From assembly GCA_031377485.1 (NCBI GenBank), contig JANMEX010000483.1, positions 1 through 46,349 on the forward strand: a stretch of DNA of 46,349 nt, given 5' to 3'. How positions within the stretch are numbered: the first letter of the stretch is position 1; the number at the start of each line of letters is the position of its first letter. Positions 1-10,520 of this stretch are shown piece by piece. A program made the translations under genes and the position numbers. Origin of the DNA: Phyllobacteriaceae bacterium (GTDB taxonomy: Bacteria; Pseudomonadota; Alphaproteobacteria; Rhizobiales; Rhizobiaceae). The notes beneath the pieces are model-generated. The model was given only the letters and a program-made list of their open reading frames with translations, was not told the DNA's origin and did no database searches.

Positions 1-44
1 GAGGCGATAAAAAGCATAGCTGCGGCGGTCATTGTAAACTTCAT
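1..44 (-). CDS. 5' end of a gene running out of the window; N-terminus MKFTMTAAAMLFIAS looks like a signal peptide or TM start
   Basis: ATG at 44 on the minus strand, preceded by GAGGAAG 5 nt upstream. The hydrophobic N-terminus is truncated by the window edge. Confidence 0.3.
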   Translation of the reverse strand, partial: MKFTMTAAAMLFIA

Positions 45-105
45 TAGAACTTCCTCTGTGGTGGATGCACATGCACATTCGTTAAACCCTGACTACCATA
101 TTTGC

Positions 106-129
106 CGCATCGGAGAACAATCCGATGCG
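106..129 (-). terminator. Hairpin just downstream of the ettA stop, possible intrinsic terminator
   Basis: 9-bp stem CGCATCGGA/TCCGATGCG with a 6-nt loop, 9 nt after the ettA stop codon. The trailing tract on the minus strand is only moderately A/T-rich. Confidence 0.35.
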
Positions 130-137
130 ACGGACAG

Positions 138-1787
138 TTAACGTGTCAGGCGTTTGTAGCTCATGCGGTGCGGGTTCAGTGCGTCCGCACCAAGACGGCG
201 GAGCTTGTCCTGCTCGTAGTCCTCGAAGTTACCTTCGAACCACTCGACATGACCGTCGCCTTCAAATGCCAGCATGTGGGTGGCGAGGCGATCGAGGAAC
301 ATGCGATCATGGGAGATGATCACAGCGCAACCGGCATAGTTTTCCAGTGCGTCTTCGAGCGCGTTGAGCGTTTCGGTGTCGAGATCGTTGGTCGGTTCGT
401 CAAGCAGCAGGACATTGCCGCCGGTCTTCATCATCTTGGCAAGATGCACGCGGTTGCGCTGGCCACCGGAGAGATTGCCGACTTTCTGCTGCTGGTCGCC
501 GCCACGGAAATTAAACGTAGAACAATAGGCGCGCGAGTTGATTTCGTACTTGCCGAGCTTGATGATGTCATTGCCGCCCGAGATTTCCTCCCAGACATTG
601 TTTTTGCCTTCCAGGTGGTCGCGGCTTTGGTCAACATAGCCGAGCTGGACCGTATCGCCGAGGCGGATAGAGCCACTGTCCGGCTTTTCCTGACCGGTGA
701 TCATCTTGAACAGTGTCGTCTTGCCAGCGCCGTTTGGACCGATCACGCCGACAATGCCACCGGCGGGCAGCTTGAACGACAGATTTTCGATCAATACGCG
801 GTCGCCGAACGACTTGGTGAGGCCTTCAGCTTCGATAACCAGATTGCCCAGGCGTTCGCCCGAGGGAATGACAATTTGGGTATCGGACGGGCGCCGTTTA
901 TCGGCTGCTTCCACCAAATCATCGAACGCCTTGATGCGTGCTTTTGACTTGGCTTGACGGGCTTTCGGCGATGAAGCCATCCACTCGCGCTCGCGGTCGA
1001 TTGCCTTCTGGCGCGCGTCGTCCTCGCGGCCTTCCTGGCGCATGCGCTTGGATTTGGAATCAAGATAGGCCGAGTAATTTCCCTCGTAGGGAATGCCGCG
1101 GCCGCGATCCATTTCAAGAATCCAGCCGGTCACATTGTCGAGGAAGTAGCGATCATGCGTGACGATCAGGACAGAGCCGGTGTAGGCGCGCAAATGTTTT
1201 TCAAGCCATGCGACCGTTTCAGCGTCGAGATGGTTGGTCGGTTCGTCAAGCAACAGCAGATCAGGCTTGGAAAGAAGAAGTTTGCACAGCGCGATACGGC
1301 GCTTTTCACCGCCGGACAGGTTGGTCACTGGCGAGTCTGGCGGCGGGCAACCCAGCGCGTCCATCGCCATTTCAACCTGGCTTTCCAGATCCCAAAGGTT
1401 TTCTGCGTCAATAATATCCTGAAGTTTGGACGCCTTGTCGGCGTTCTCTTCGTTATAGTCCATCATCAACGCATTGTATTCATTAAGGATCGCGGTCTTG
1501 GAGGCGACGCCTTCCATGACATTTTCATGCGCTGTCTTGGTGGGATCAAGCTGCGGTTCCTGAGGCAAGTATCCACAAGTCGCGCCTTCTGCCAGCCATG
1601 CTTCGCCCGACCAATCCTTGTCCATTCCCGCCATGATGCGCAAAATGGTGGATTTACCGGAGCCATTGGGTCCCAGAATACCGATCTTGGCATCTGGATA
1701 GAATGACAGGTTCAGGTTTTCGATGACCTTCTTGCCGTTGTAGGCCTTGGTCAAATCAGACATGTGATAAATGAATTGGCGAGCCAT
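138..1787 (-). CDS. ettA: Energy-dependent translational throttle protein EttA (ABC-F ATPase)
   Basis: 549 aa and collinear with E. coli EttA. It has two ABC cassettes (GPNGSGKST, GPNGAGKTT, two LSGG signatures, LLLDEPTN twice) and the C-terminal KRxxYKR tail. Confidence 0.96.
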   Translation of the reverse strand: MARQFIYHMSDLTKAYNGKKVIENLNLSFYPDAKIGILGPNGSGKSTILRIMAGMDKDWSGEAWLAEGATCGYLPQEPQLDPTKTAHENVMEGVASKTAILNEYNALMMDYNEENADKASKLQDIIDAENLWDLESQVEMAMDALGCPPPDSPVTNLSGGEKRRIALCKLLLSKPDLLLLDEPTNHLDAETVAWLEKHLRAYTGSVLIVTHDRYFLDNVTGWILEMDRGRGIPYEGNYSAYLDSKSKRMRQEGREDDARQKAIDREREWMASSPKARQAKSKARIKAFDDLVEAADKRRPSDTQIVIPSGERLGNLVIEAEGLTKSFGDRVLIENLSFKLPAGGIVGVIGPNGAGKTTLFKMITGQEKPDSGSIRLGDTVQLGYVDQSRDHLEGKNNVWEEISGGNDIIKLGKYEINSRAYCSTFNFRGGDQQQKVGNLSGGQRNRVHLAKMMKTGGNVLLLDEPTNDLDTETLNALEDALENYAGCAVIISHDRMFLDRLATHMLAFEGDGHVEWFEGNFEDYEQDKLRRLGADALNPHRMSYKRLTR

Positions 1788-2169
1788 GGCGCGCAGATCT
1801 CCGAAAAATAGCGGGAAAAGTTGGCGCTCATGTAGGATAAACTGAGCTGCGGGGCAATGGCGACGTCTTGCCTGGCTTCAGAAATTAAAGAGCCGGGCGC
1901 AGGTTTTCCTGCTGCCCGGCTCGCCCCTCTGGACACCGGATGGTTGACTGGGAGGTTCGTCCCATCCGGCTACAGAACTGACCATATGATCAAAATCTGA
2001 AACGAATTTTGCCGCATTGCAACATATATTTTTACTTTATTCATATTTTTCAATGACTTGACTGTTTTATGTGCTGTTGCCTACGCTTTCATCATCATTG
2101 ACTGCTGCGATTTTGGGCAGTTGACGAAATGACAGGCGAAACCGCATGTTGGGCCAAGAGGAGCGCCCG

Positions 2170-3096
2170 ATGTTCAACAGCCAGTTCAAACTTGCCGCCA
2201 AATCCGGCGCGTCGCTCAATGTGTTTCATGAGTCAAGCGACGGCGCCCCGAGGGGTGTGGTCACAATAAATCACGGCCTGGCCGAGCATGCTGCCCGTTA
2301 CGCTCGCTTTGCAAAAGCGCTTTCTGCGGCAGGCTATCATGTCTACGCCCACGACCATCGCGGCCATGGTGCGACAACCGCGCCCGGTGTATCGCTGGGC
2401 TCATTTGCCAAGCAGGATGGTTGGCAGCGTGTTCTGGATGACACTCTTGATGTGCGCAAACATGCAGCAGCACAACATCCCGGTTTGCCGCTCATCCTGT
2501 TTGGTCACTCGATGGGTGGTCTGATTGCGATGAACAGTGCATTGCGCGATCCGGACGGCCTTGACGCGCTTGCGGTCTGGAATGCCAATTTCTCAGCTGG
2601 TTTGCTCGGTCGTGCAGGGCAGACGATTTTGGCCATTGAGCGCATGCTGCTCGGCTCCGATGTTCCGAGCGCCATTTTGCCAAAGCTGACTTTTCAGGAT
2701 TGGGCCAAGAAAGAAACCAGCGGCCGCACCGATTTTGACTGGCTTTCACGTGATCCGGCGGAAGTGGACAAATATGTCGCCGATCCGTTGTGCGGCTGGG
2801 ATGCCTCAGTTGGCATGTGGCAGGATGTGTTCAAGTTGATCTTTGCGGGCGCCGACGACCGGAATTTCGCCAAGTTGCCAAAATCGCTGAAAGTCCATCT
2901 GCGCGGCGGCGGACATGATCCTGCAACGGATTTTGCCAAAGCGACCAAAAACCTTTCGGACCGCATGAAAGCGTTGGGTTTTGGAAATGTAACCACAAAG
3001 ATTGGCCCGGACAATCGGCACGAATGCCTGAACGATATCAATCGCGACGAGGTAACCAGCGATTTTGTCAGTTGGTTGAACCAAGTGTTGGCGTGA
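2170..3096 (+). CDS. Alpha/beta hydrolase (lysophospholipase / monoacylglycerol-lipase-like)
   Basis: GHSMGG nucleophile elbow and an HG oxyanion motif (INHGLAEH). Start moved to the ATG at 2170, which has AAGAGGAG 6 nt upstream. Confidence 0.85.
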   Translation: MFNSQFKLAAKSGASLNVFHESSDGAPRGVVTINHGLAEHAARYARFAKALSAAGYHVYAHDHRGHGATTAPGVSLGSFAKQDGWQRVLDDTLDVRKHAAAQHPGLPLILFGHSMGGLIAMNSALRDPDGLDALAVWNANFSAGLLGRAGQTILAIERMLLGSDVPSAILPKLTFQDWAKKETSGRTDFDWLSRDPAEVDKYVADPLCGWDASVGMWQDVFKLIFAGADDRNFAKLPKSLKVHLRGGGHDPATDFAKATKNLSDRMKALGFGNVTTKIGPDNRHECLNDINRDEVTSDFVSWLNQVLA

Positions 3097-3141
3097 CAGG
3101 TAAGTCTGCCTTTGCTAGGCAGTGGGCAGACGGAGATCGCC

Positions 3142-3927
3142 ATGCTTGCCGAAGTTTTCACGCTCGAACATCTGACAACATTTATGATTTTGACGGCACT
3201 GGAAACAGTGCTGGGGTTTGACAACCTTTTGTATATTTCCATTGAGGCCAAACGCACCGGCACGAATAACGAAGCTTATGTGCGCCGCATGGGGATTTTC
3301 CTGGCCATCGGGCTGCGCATTGTGCTGCTTTTTGTCGTCCTGAAATTGATCGAGCTTTTTCAGGAGCCCTTTTTCGAATTTGATTGGACGTATGTCAAAG
3401 GCGCGCTTTCCGGACACTCCCTCATTGTCCTCGTTGGCGGCTATTTTCTCATTCGCACCGCGTTGAAAGAAATCCATCACATGCTGACCGTTGACGAATT
3501 GGGGACTGACGCCGAAAGCAAGGGTTCTCGTTCAGTCTTTTCGTCGCTGGTTATGATTCTTGTGATGAACATTGTTTTCTCATTTGACACCGTTCTTTCC
3601 GCCATTGCTCTGACCAAGAATTTTCCGGTTATGGTCGCTGCGATCATCGTATCCGGGTTGTTGATGGTGTGGATGGCAGATGCTGTGGCAAACTTCCTGA
3701 AGAAAAACCGCATGTATGAAGTGCTTGGCCTTTTCGTGCTGCTGCTTGTCGGCTTCATGCTGATCTCGGAGGGCGGACACCTCGCGGAGCTCTCTTTCTT
3801 CGGGTATGCGGTGGAGCCTATGTCGAAATCGACATTCTACTTTGTCCTGATCGCGCTCGTCGTGGTCGACATCACACAAAGCCGCTTCCAGAAAAAGCTC
3901 AACAAGGCAGACCAGCCAAATGAATAA
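3142..3927 (+). CDS. TerC family integral membrane protein
   Basis: Multi-TM protein with TerC-type motifs (LETVLGFDNLLYISI, second half FSFDTVLSAIAL). ATG at 3142 has GGAG upstream. Confidence 0.85.
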   Translation: MLAEVFTLEHLTTFMILTALETVLGFDNLLYISIEAKRTGTNNEAYVRRMGIFLAIGLRIVLLFVVLKLIELFQEPFFEFDWTYVKGALSGHSLIVLVGGYFLIRTALKEIHHMLTVDELGTDAESKGSRSVFSSLVMILVMNIVFSFDTVLSAIALTKNFPVMVAAIIVSGLLMVWMADAVANFLKKNRMYEVLGLFVLLLVGFMLISEGGHLAELSFFGYAVEPMSKSTFYFVLIALVVVDITQSRFQKKLNKADQPNE

Positions 3928-5104
3928 TGCTCCGCTGAAAGGCGTGCGCGTTCTCGAACTTGCGCGCATCCTTGCCGGCCCTTGGGCCGGCCAGACACTT
4001 GCGGACCTTGGCGCGGATGTCATCAAGGTCGAAAACCCGGATGGGGGCGATGATACGCGCTCGTGGGGCCCGCCTTTTATCACCGGTGCGGATGGCGATG
4101 CGCTCGATGCTGCGTATTATCACGGCGTCAATCGCAACAAGCGTTCGGTGACCGCGGACCTAAAATCGCCGGAGGGGCAGGATTTCGTTCGCCGCCTTGC
4201 AGCGCAGTCGGACATATTGATCGAGAATTTCAAGACTGGCGGCTTGGCCAAGTACGGGCTCGACTATGCGAGCTTGAAAAAGATCAACCCGAAGCTGGTT
4301 TATTGCTCGATCACAGGCTTTGGCCACACCGGTCCGGATGCGCCGCTGGCTGGCTATGATTTCATCGTGCAGGGCATGTCCGGCCTGATGTCGATCACCG
4401 GCGAAAGCCACGGTCTGCCGATGAAGACTGGCGTTGCGGTGGCTGATCTATTCACCGGCGTCTATTCGGTTATCGGCATTCTTGCCGCGCTGCGCCATGC
4501 TGAGGCAACAGGCCAAGGCCAGCACATTGATATGGCGCTTCTGGATACGCAGGCCGGCGTGCTTGCCAATCAAAACATGAACTATCTGGCGACCGGCGTT
4601 TCCCCCATGCGCATCGGCAATGAAAACCCGAACATTGCACCTTATGAGGTAATCGCGGCATCGAACGGGCATGTTATTCTTGCAGTTGGAAACGACGGGC
4701 AGTTTGAACGCGCCTGCAAAATTCTTGGGTTGGACGAGCTACCCACCGATCCGCGCTTTGCCACCAATGAGGCGCGCGTTGCCAACCGCGTTGAATTGCG
4801 CACCCACATTGCCCCTGCGGCGGCGAAATTAAGCAAGGCGGATTTGCTTGCCGCCTGCGAAGCCAACGCTGTGCCGGTGGGTACGATCAACACGATTGGC
4901 GAGATGTTTGCGGACCCGCAGATCAGGGCCCGTGGCATGCGCATCGATCTCAAAGACTTTGAGGGTAATGCAATCCCGGGTGTGCGCACGCCAATCCTTA
5001 TGTCTGAAACACCTCTGCGCTACGACACGCCGTCTCCGCGATTGGGCCAGCACACCGATGAAGTCGTCGCCGATCTTGCGCGTTGGGAAAAGGCTGGCAA
5101 GTAA
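3920..5104 (+). CDS. CaiB/BaiF family (class III) CoA-transferase
   Basis: N-terminal LKGVRVLELARILAGPWAGQTLADLGADVIKVE and the central GYDFIVQGMSGLMSITG are typical of family III CoA transferases. It overlaps the TerC gene stop by 8 nt. Confidence 0.9.
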   Translation: MNNAPLKGVRVLELARILAGPWAGQTLADLGADVIKVENPDGGDDTRSWGPPFITGADGDALDAAYYHGVNRNKRSVTADLKSPEGQDFVRRLAAQSDILIENFKTGGLAKYGLDYASLKKINPKLVYCSITGFGHTGPDAPLAGYDFIVQGMSGLMSITGESHGLPMKTGVAVADLFTGVYSVIGILAALRHAEATGQGQHIDMALLDTQAGVLANQNMNYLATGVSPMRIGNENPNIAPYEVIAASNGHVILAVGNDGQFERACKILGLDELPTDPRFATNEARVANRVELRTHIAPAAAKLSKADLLAACEANAVPVGTINTIGEMFADPQIRARGMRIDLKDFEGNAIPGVRTPILMSETPLRYDTPSPRLGQHTDEVVADLARWEKAGK

Positions 5105-5163
5105 GCAATTTCGCAATTCATCGGCTTTTCGGTTAAGCCAAACAAGCAAATCCGTATCACGCC

Positions 5164-6165
5164 TCACTGAGGGCGAAGGCTCACCCATAACGCGCCGCCG
5201 AGAAGCCCGGCGAAAATCAGCAGGCCGATCATCGTGTTGGATTTGAACAGTTTCAGGCATTGGTCGGGATTGTCGATGTTGAGATATTGGGTCTGGCGGA
5301 ACATGTGTGAGCCTGCTGCCAGCAATCCGGCAAGTGCCGGCATCGGCACCTCTGCGCTGGCAAATGCGCCTGCCATGAAAAGCAAAGCCAACCCGTAAAG
5401 TATGGCTATGGCCTCTTTGGATCTTGATCCAAACAGGCGGGCAGTGGAGCGAACACCGACGAGGGCGTCATCTTCCTTGTCCTGATGCGCATAGATCGTG
5501 TCATAGCCGATCACCCAGAAGATGGTGCCGATATAAAGGAGAATGGCTGGCAAGGCGATTTCCCCGCGCATCGCTGCCCATCCCATGAGCGCACCCCATG
5601 AAAACGCAAGACCAAGCACGGCCTGTGGCCAGGACGTGATGCGCTTCATGAAGGGGTATATGGCGACGATTGCGAGTGAGGAGATGCCCAGTATTATCGT
5701 AAAAAGGTTGAATTGGAGAAGGACAAGAAGTCCTGTCAAAGCCTGAAGCGCCAGGAAGCCCAGCGCCTGTTTGCGCGAAACCTGTCCCGAAGGCAAAGGC
5801 CTTGAGCGCGTGCGCTCGACCTGCGCGTCGATGTTGCGGTCAACCAAATCATTCCATGTGCAGCCTGCGCCGCGCATTGCGATGGCACCGATGGTGAAAA
5901 GGATAATGTGCCAAAGCGATGGCATGACCGACAGCAGCGGTGCCCCGGTCTTGGCACCAGCACTGGCGACTAGGGCAGCAGACCATAGACACGGCCACAG
6001 CAAAAGTTGCCAGCCGATAGGGCGGTCCCAGCGTGCGAGTTGTGCATATGGCCAAAGCCCGCGTGGCAGCAGCCGGTAAACCCAGTGGCCGGATGGCGCA
6101 TCGGCAACGCGGCCTTGAGCCTCATTTGATTGAATCTTGTCCATGGTGCGGGGATACATGAGCAC
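5164..6165 (-). CDS. ubiA: 4-hydroxybenzoate polyprenyltransferase
   Basis: UbiA prenyltransferase motifs NDLVDRNIDAQVERTRSRPL and YAHQDKEDD, with a multi-TM profile. The start may be one of the internal Met codons (for example 6144). Confidence 0.9.
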   Translation of the reverse strand: MLMYPRTMDKIQSNEAQGRVADAPSGHWVYRLLPRGLWPYAQLARWDRPIGWQLLLWPCLWSAALVASAGAKTGAPLLSVMPSLWHIILFTIGAIAMRGAGCTWNDLVDRNIDAQVERTRSRPLPSGQVSRKQALGFLALQALTGLLVLLQFNLFTIILGISSLAIVAIYPFMKRITSWPQAVLGLAFSWGALMGWAAMRGEIALPAILLYIGTIFWVIGYDTIYAHQDKEDDALVGVRSTARLFGSRSKEAIAILYGLALLFMAGAFASAEVPMPALAGLLAAGSHMFRQTQYLNIDNPDQCLKLFKSNTMIGLLIFAGLLGGALWVSLRPQ

Positions 6166-6240
6166 ACATTGCCGTCAAGCCTTGACCTTGATGACAGCAC
6201 TTCTTAACGGGTGCACACTGTCCTGGAATGAGGTGAAGCG

Positions 6241-7515
6241 ATGAATGTTCTCCTGATCGGCGCTGGCGGGCGTGAACATGCGCTGGCCTGGAAGCTGGCT
6301 CAGTCGCCGATTCTTGAAACGCTGTATGCTGCGCCGGGAAATCCGGGCATTGCCGAACACGCAAGCCTTACAGGCATTGATATCAATGATCATGGCGCTG
6401 TGGTCGCCTTTTGTCAGGACATGAAAATCGAACTGGTGGTCGTCGGCCCCGAAGCGCCGTTGGTGGTCGGCATTACCGATGCTTTGATTGCAGCCGGTGT
6501 CAAGGTGTTCGGCCCGACGGCCGCTGCAGCGCGGCTTGAGGGCTCCAAGGGTTTCACGAAGGATTTGTGCGCCGATTATGACATCCCCACAGCATCATAT
6601 GGCCGCTTCAACAACGCACCAAAGGCCAAAGCCCATGTGCGGCAAGTCGGCGCTCCGATTGTCATCAAGGCGGATGGCATTGCGGCGGGCAAGGGCGTTG
6701 TGGTTGCCATGACACTTGGTGAAGCGCTGGATGCTGTCGATGCGTGCTTTGAAGGCGCATTCGGCTCGGCGGGCGCGGAAGTGGTTGTCGAAGAGTTTCT
6801 CGAAGGCGAAGAGGCCAGCTTCTTTTGCCTGTGCGATGGAAAGATGGCGATCCCGTTCGGCACGGCGCAAGACCATAAACGGGTTGGCGACGGCGATGAG
6901 GGACCGAACACCGGTGGCATGGGAGCCTATTCGCCAGCATCCATCGTGACGCCGGAAATGAGCGCGCAGGTGATGCGCGATATCATTGACCCCACGATGC
7001 GCGGCATGGCCGAGAAGGGCTGCCCATTTGTCGGCGTGCTTTATGCCGGTCTGATGCTCACCCATGATGGCCCCAAACTGATCGAATACAACACGCGGTT
7101 CGGTGACCCCGAATGTCAGGTGCTGATGATGCGGCTGGCAGATGATCTGTTACCCATTTTGCTGGCCGCAGCAGATGGTGATCTGGATGGCTTTAATCCG
7201 CGCTGGTCGGCAGACAAGGCATTGACCGTGGTGATGGCGGCGGACGGCTATCCGGAAACACCACTCAAAGGCACAATCATTCGCGGCATTGGCGCCGCTG
7301 ATTTGCAGGCGTGTGTGAAGGTGTTTCATGCCGGAACCACATTGCAGGCCAGCGAGATTGTCGCCAATGGCGGACGTGTGTTGAATGTGACCGCGACCGG
7401 CGCAACTGTTCGCGAGGCGCAAGAGCGCGCCTATGCCGGTGTTGATGAAATCGACTGGCCGGAAGGCTTTTGCCGCACTGATATCGGCTGGCGCGAGATC
7501 GCCCGAGAAACGTGA
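6241..7515 (+). CDS. purD: Phosphoribosylamine--glycine ligase
   Basis: [20 protein letters not shown]-terminus, ATP-grasp core and GGRVL near the C-terminus; 424 aa. Confidence 0.96.
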   Translation: MNVLLIGAGGREHALAWKLAQSPILETLYAAPGNPGIAEHASLTGIDINDHGAVVAFCQDMKIELVVVGPEAPLVVGITDALIAAGVKVFGPTAAAARLEGSKGFTKDLCADYDIPTASYGRFNNAPKAKAHVRQVGAPIVIKADGIAAGKGVVVAMTLGEALDAVDACFEGAFGSAGAEVVVEEFLEGEEASFFCLCDGKMAIPFGTAQDHKRVGDGDEGPNTGGMGAYSPASIVTPEMSAQVMRDIIDPTMRGMAEKGCPFVGVLYAGLMLTHDGPKLIEYNTRFGDPECQVLMMRLADDLLPILLAAADGDLDGFNPRWSADKALTVVMAADGYPETPLKGTIIRGIGAADLQACVKVFHAGTTLQASEIVANGGRVLNVTATGATVREAQERAYAGVDEIDWPEGFCRTDIGWREIARET

Positions 7516-8577
7516 TCAGTCCGCGCGGCCCGACGGGCGGTCGAATTCAATTGATGCAGTGACAATCGGGTCAATGCCATAGGCCGGTATTTCAATGGCT
7601 TTGGCAACGATCCTTGAGGCATGTTGAGACATGGATTGCGTGATACCTGCAAGTACGGGCTTCAGGCTTTTGAAATTGCCGGTGGCCGTCGCCACCAGAA
7701 CCCGTGAGAAATCCTTGCTCGATTTCGGGTCCTTTGTCGGCACCAGCCCATCCAGAGGCCAGGCAGCCTTCAATGCCTTCACGTCCATGTTGGCGACATT
7801 GATGTCGATGTCGTTGCCAGTGCCTTGGATGCGATGCGGGCAGGCGCGCTTGCCGCAATTCAAATGGCTGGCAAACTGCCAAAGCGCATAGCTGTCCCAA
7901 TTGCCTTTCGGAAAACTCGCGGCAATTTCCGGCTTGTACCGCGCATACCAAAGCGGCAATCTTGACAGAAGCGGATATTCATCGCGTTGCCGCGCAAGAT
8001 GTTTGGCGGTGTCATCGTTGATATAAAGCACCGGGTAACGGCCGAGACGGCGGTAAATATGGCGGGCGTAAAGTTCTGCGTCGGCGAGCGAGATGTATTT
8101 TCCCGACGCCAGATCCTCGATGTCGATGGCGATCAACTCGTCCGGCTGCGGGTCCGTGAAGTCGATAAAATGGTTGGCCTGATCAATTGGATTGCCGGGA
8201 CGGCCAACGTGGTAAGAGCCCCATTTGAGCCCCAGCGCCTTGGCAAGTTCCTTGCGCGTATGGAACAATTCGCGCGACACCGCATACAGCCGCCACTGGT
8301 TCTTGCAGAGGTCCTTTTCGAGATCCGAAATCGAAGTTTTGCAGCCCCAGACGGGCGGCAGGCCGTCAGACCCTTTGTTGATGAAACCAGCAACGCGCTT
8401 GTCGCCGGCAATAGCTGCAATGTTCAGTTCATTGAATTCATAGGCATCAATGACCAGCGCGTGGTTTTCCGATTTCCACGGTTTGTGGAACACGGTCTCC
8501 GCTTTGGCCAGAGTTGCCAATGACAATGCGAGCGCAGCAGCGGTCAGAAGCCGCCGGAATAATCCTGATATCAACAT
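7516..8577 (-). CDS. Secreted GH25-like muramidase-fold protein
   Basis: A signal peptide (MLISGLFRRLLTAAALALSLATLAKA) starts at an internal Met. GH25-like blocks are present: VIDAYEFN, GFINKGSDG, LGLKWGSYHV, the D-x-E motif in IAIDIED, VLYIN, and ALWQF...GNDIDINV. The ORF-track N-terminal extension to 8688 was discarded. Confidence 0.6.
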   Translation of the reverse strand: MLISGLFRRLLTAAALALSLATLAKAETVFHKPWKSENHALVIDAYEFNELNIAAIAGDKRVAGFINKGSDGLPPVWGCKTSISDLEKDLCKNQWRLYAVSRELFHTRKELAKALGLKWGSYHVGRPGNPIDQANHFIDFTDPQPDELIAIDIEDLASGKYISLADAELYARHIYRRLGRYPVLYINDDTAKHLARQRDEYPLLSRLPLWYARYKPEIAASFPKGNWDSYALWQFASHLNCGKRACPHRIQGTGNDIDINVANMDVKALKAAWPLDGLVPTKDPKSSKDFSRVLVATATGNFKSLKPVLAGITQSMSQHASRIVAKAIEIPAYGIDPIVTASIEFDRPSGRAD

Positions 8578-8724
8578 CGCGCGTATAACCCCATACAAGG
8601 GTTCATCGTCCGCCTTTATGGTTAAGAGGCCGTAAACCGGCAAAACACATCCGCCAAAACACATGCTGATTGTTGACGTTAACGTCAAAAGTCAGTACCC
8701 AAAACGGAGTTGGAGGAACGCAAG

Positions 8725-10506
8725 ATGTATAAAGCGCCGGTCGCAGATATCGTCCACACCATCGTCAATGTCACGGGCATGGGTCGTGATCTGGACGAGG
8801 GCAAGTTCGGTGATTTTTCGGCTGACCTCCTGGAGGCAATCCTTGAAGAAGCCGGACGCTTGGCGGGCGACGAGATCGAGCCTGTTGCGGTGGCTGCCGA
8901 GAAGATCGGCGCAAAGTTTTCCAATGGTCAGGTGACCATGCCTGCCGGTTGGAAAGAAGCTTGGCAAAGCTTTGTTGATGGTGGCTGGAACTCAGTTGCC
9001 GCACCGGAAGCCTACGGCGGGCAGGGTTTGCCGCTGACGGCCTCCATGGCGGCGCTTGAAATCTGGAACAGTTGTTCATTGGCTTTCGGGCTTTGCCCGA
9101 CACTCACCATGGGCGCAGTTGAAGCTCTCAACGCGCATGCATCGGAGGAATTGAAGCAGCTCTATCTCCCGAAAATGATTTCCGGCGAATGGACCGGAAC
9201 CATGAATTTGACTGAGCCGCAGGCCGGGTCGGATCTTGGCGGCATGCGCACGCGCGCCGAGCGCAATGCGGACGGTTCGTTCCGGATTTTCGGGCAAAAG
9301 ATTTACATCACATTTGGTGAGCATGATCTTTCCGGCAACATCATCCATCTGGTTCTCGCCCGCATTTCCGATGCACCGGCCGGAACCAGGGGAATTTCAT
9401 TGTTTGTCGTGCCAAAGTTCTTGCCGGACGCAGACGGCAATCCGGGCAAGCGCAATGACGCATTCTGCGCGTCGATTGAACACAAACTTGGCATTCACGC
9501 TTCGCCAACCTGTGTCATGATTTTTGGCGACGGCAAGGCGGAAGGTGCAGAACCTGGCGCCATCGGCTGGCTGGTTGGTGAAGAGAACCGCGGTCTCAAT
9601 GCGATGTTCACGATGATGAACAATGCACGGCTGGCGGTTGGTATGCAGGGCGTTTCCGTTGCAGAGGGCGCAACCCAGAAGGCAATTTCCTTTGCCAGGG
9701 ATCGCCGTCAAGGGCGCGCTGTTGGTTCGAAAGATGCAGCGATGAGCCCGATCATCGAGCATCCCGATGTTCAGCGCATGTTGATGTCGATGAAAGCGCA
9801 GACGCAAGCCGCGCGGGCGATTTCCTATGCTTGCGCGCATGCAATCGACAAAAGCCATGCAGAAAATGGTGATGCCGCTTCCTTCTGGGCGGATCGCGCC
9901 AGTTTTCTGACACCACTGGCAAAAGCATTTTCGACCGATGTCGGCATGGAAGTCGCCTCGCTTGGCGTGCAGGTACATGGTGGCATGGGGTTCATCGAAG
10001 AGACGGGTGCTGCTCGTTTCATGCGTGATGCGCGCATTGCGCCGATTTATGAAGGCACCAACGGCATTCAGGCGATTGATTTGGTGATGCGCAAGCTGCC
10101 GCTCGGCAAGGGCGGGCATGCGGCAGAATACATAAAGGAACTGCGTGGGATTGCCGAAGATGTTCGCAAGTCAAACCGGCCTGAATATGGCACCACGGCT
10201 GACCGGCTGGACAGGGCGCTGGACGATGCAATGGCGGCTACGGATTTCTTGCAATTGAAAATCGCACAGGGCGAAGCCAACCACGCGCTGGCAGGTGCCA
10301 CTCCTTATCTGCGCCTTATCTCGCTGGCGGCGGGTGGCGCATATCTGGCCAAGGGTGCTTTGGCAGGCAATGACCCGGCGCGGATGGCGCTCTGCCGCTT
10401 CTTTGCGGAGAACATGCTGGCAGAAACCGCGCCCCTGAACGACAAGGTCATCACCGGCGCCGACAGCCTTCTGGATGCCGCCGATCTTGTTCTTGGCATG
10501 CATTGA
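8725..10506 (+). CDS. Long-form acyl-CoA dehydrogenase (with C-terminal extension domain)
   Basis: ACAD motifs are present (GTMNLTEPQAGSDLG, VHGGMGFIEETG, YEGTNGIQAIDL). ATG at 8725 has GGAGGAA 6 nt upstream. Confidence 0.9.
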   Translation: MYKAPVADIVHTIVNVTGMGRDLDEGKFGDFSADLLEAILEEAGRLAGDEIEPVAVAAEKIGAKFSNGQVTMPAGWKEAWQSFVDGGWNSVAAPEAYGGQGLPLTASMAALEIWNSCSLAFGLCPTLTMGAVEALNAHASEELKQLYLPKMISGEWTGTMNLTEPQAGSDLGGMRTRAERNADGSFRIFGQKIYITFGEHDLSGNIIHLVLARISDAPAGTRGISLFVVPKFLPDADGNPGKRNDAFCASIEHKLGIHASPTCVMIFGDGKAEGAEPGAIGWLVGEENRGLNAMFTMMNNARLAVGMQGVSVAEGATQKAISFARDRRQGRAVGSKDAAMSPIIEHPDVQRMLMSMKAQTQAARAISYACAHAIDKSHAENGDAASFWADRASFLTPLAKAFSTDVGMEVASLGVQVHGGMGFIEETGAARFMRDARIAPIYEGTNGIQAIDLVMRKLPLGKGGHAAEYIKELRGIAEDVRKSNRPEYGTTADRLDRALDDAMAATDFLQLKIAQGEANHALAGATPYLRLISLAAGGAYLAKGALAGNDPARMALCRFFAENMLAETAPLNDKVITGADSLLDAADLVLGMH

Positions 10507-10520
10507 AGACGGGAATCGAC

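Noticed and set aside
3097-3141. Possible yybP-ykoY (Mn) riboswitch in front of the TerC-family gene
   Set aside because: The spacer is only 45 nt. It contains only nested short hairpins (GTCTGCC...GGCAGAC) and is too short for that riboswitch.
7516-8688. N-terminal extensions proposed by the ORF track here, and also at 15113, 34729, 36840, 42307, 43816 and 11993
   Set aside because: In each case an internal ATG with a ribosome-binding site, followed by a signal peptide or the canonical family N-terminus, gives the expected protein length. The extensions overlap neighbouring genes or promoters.
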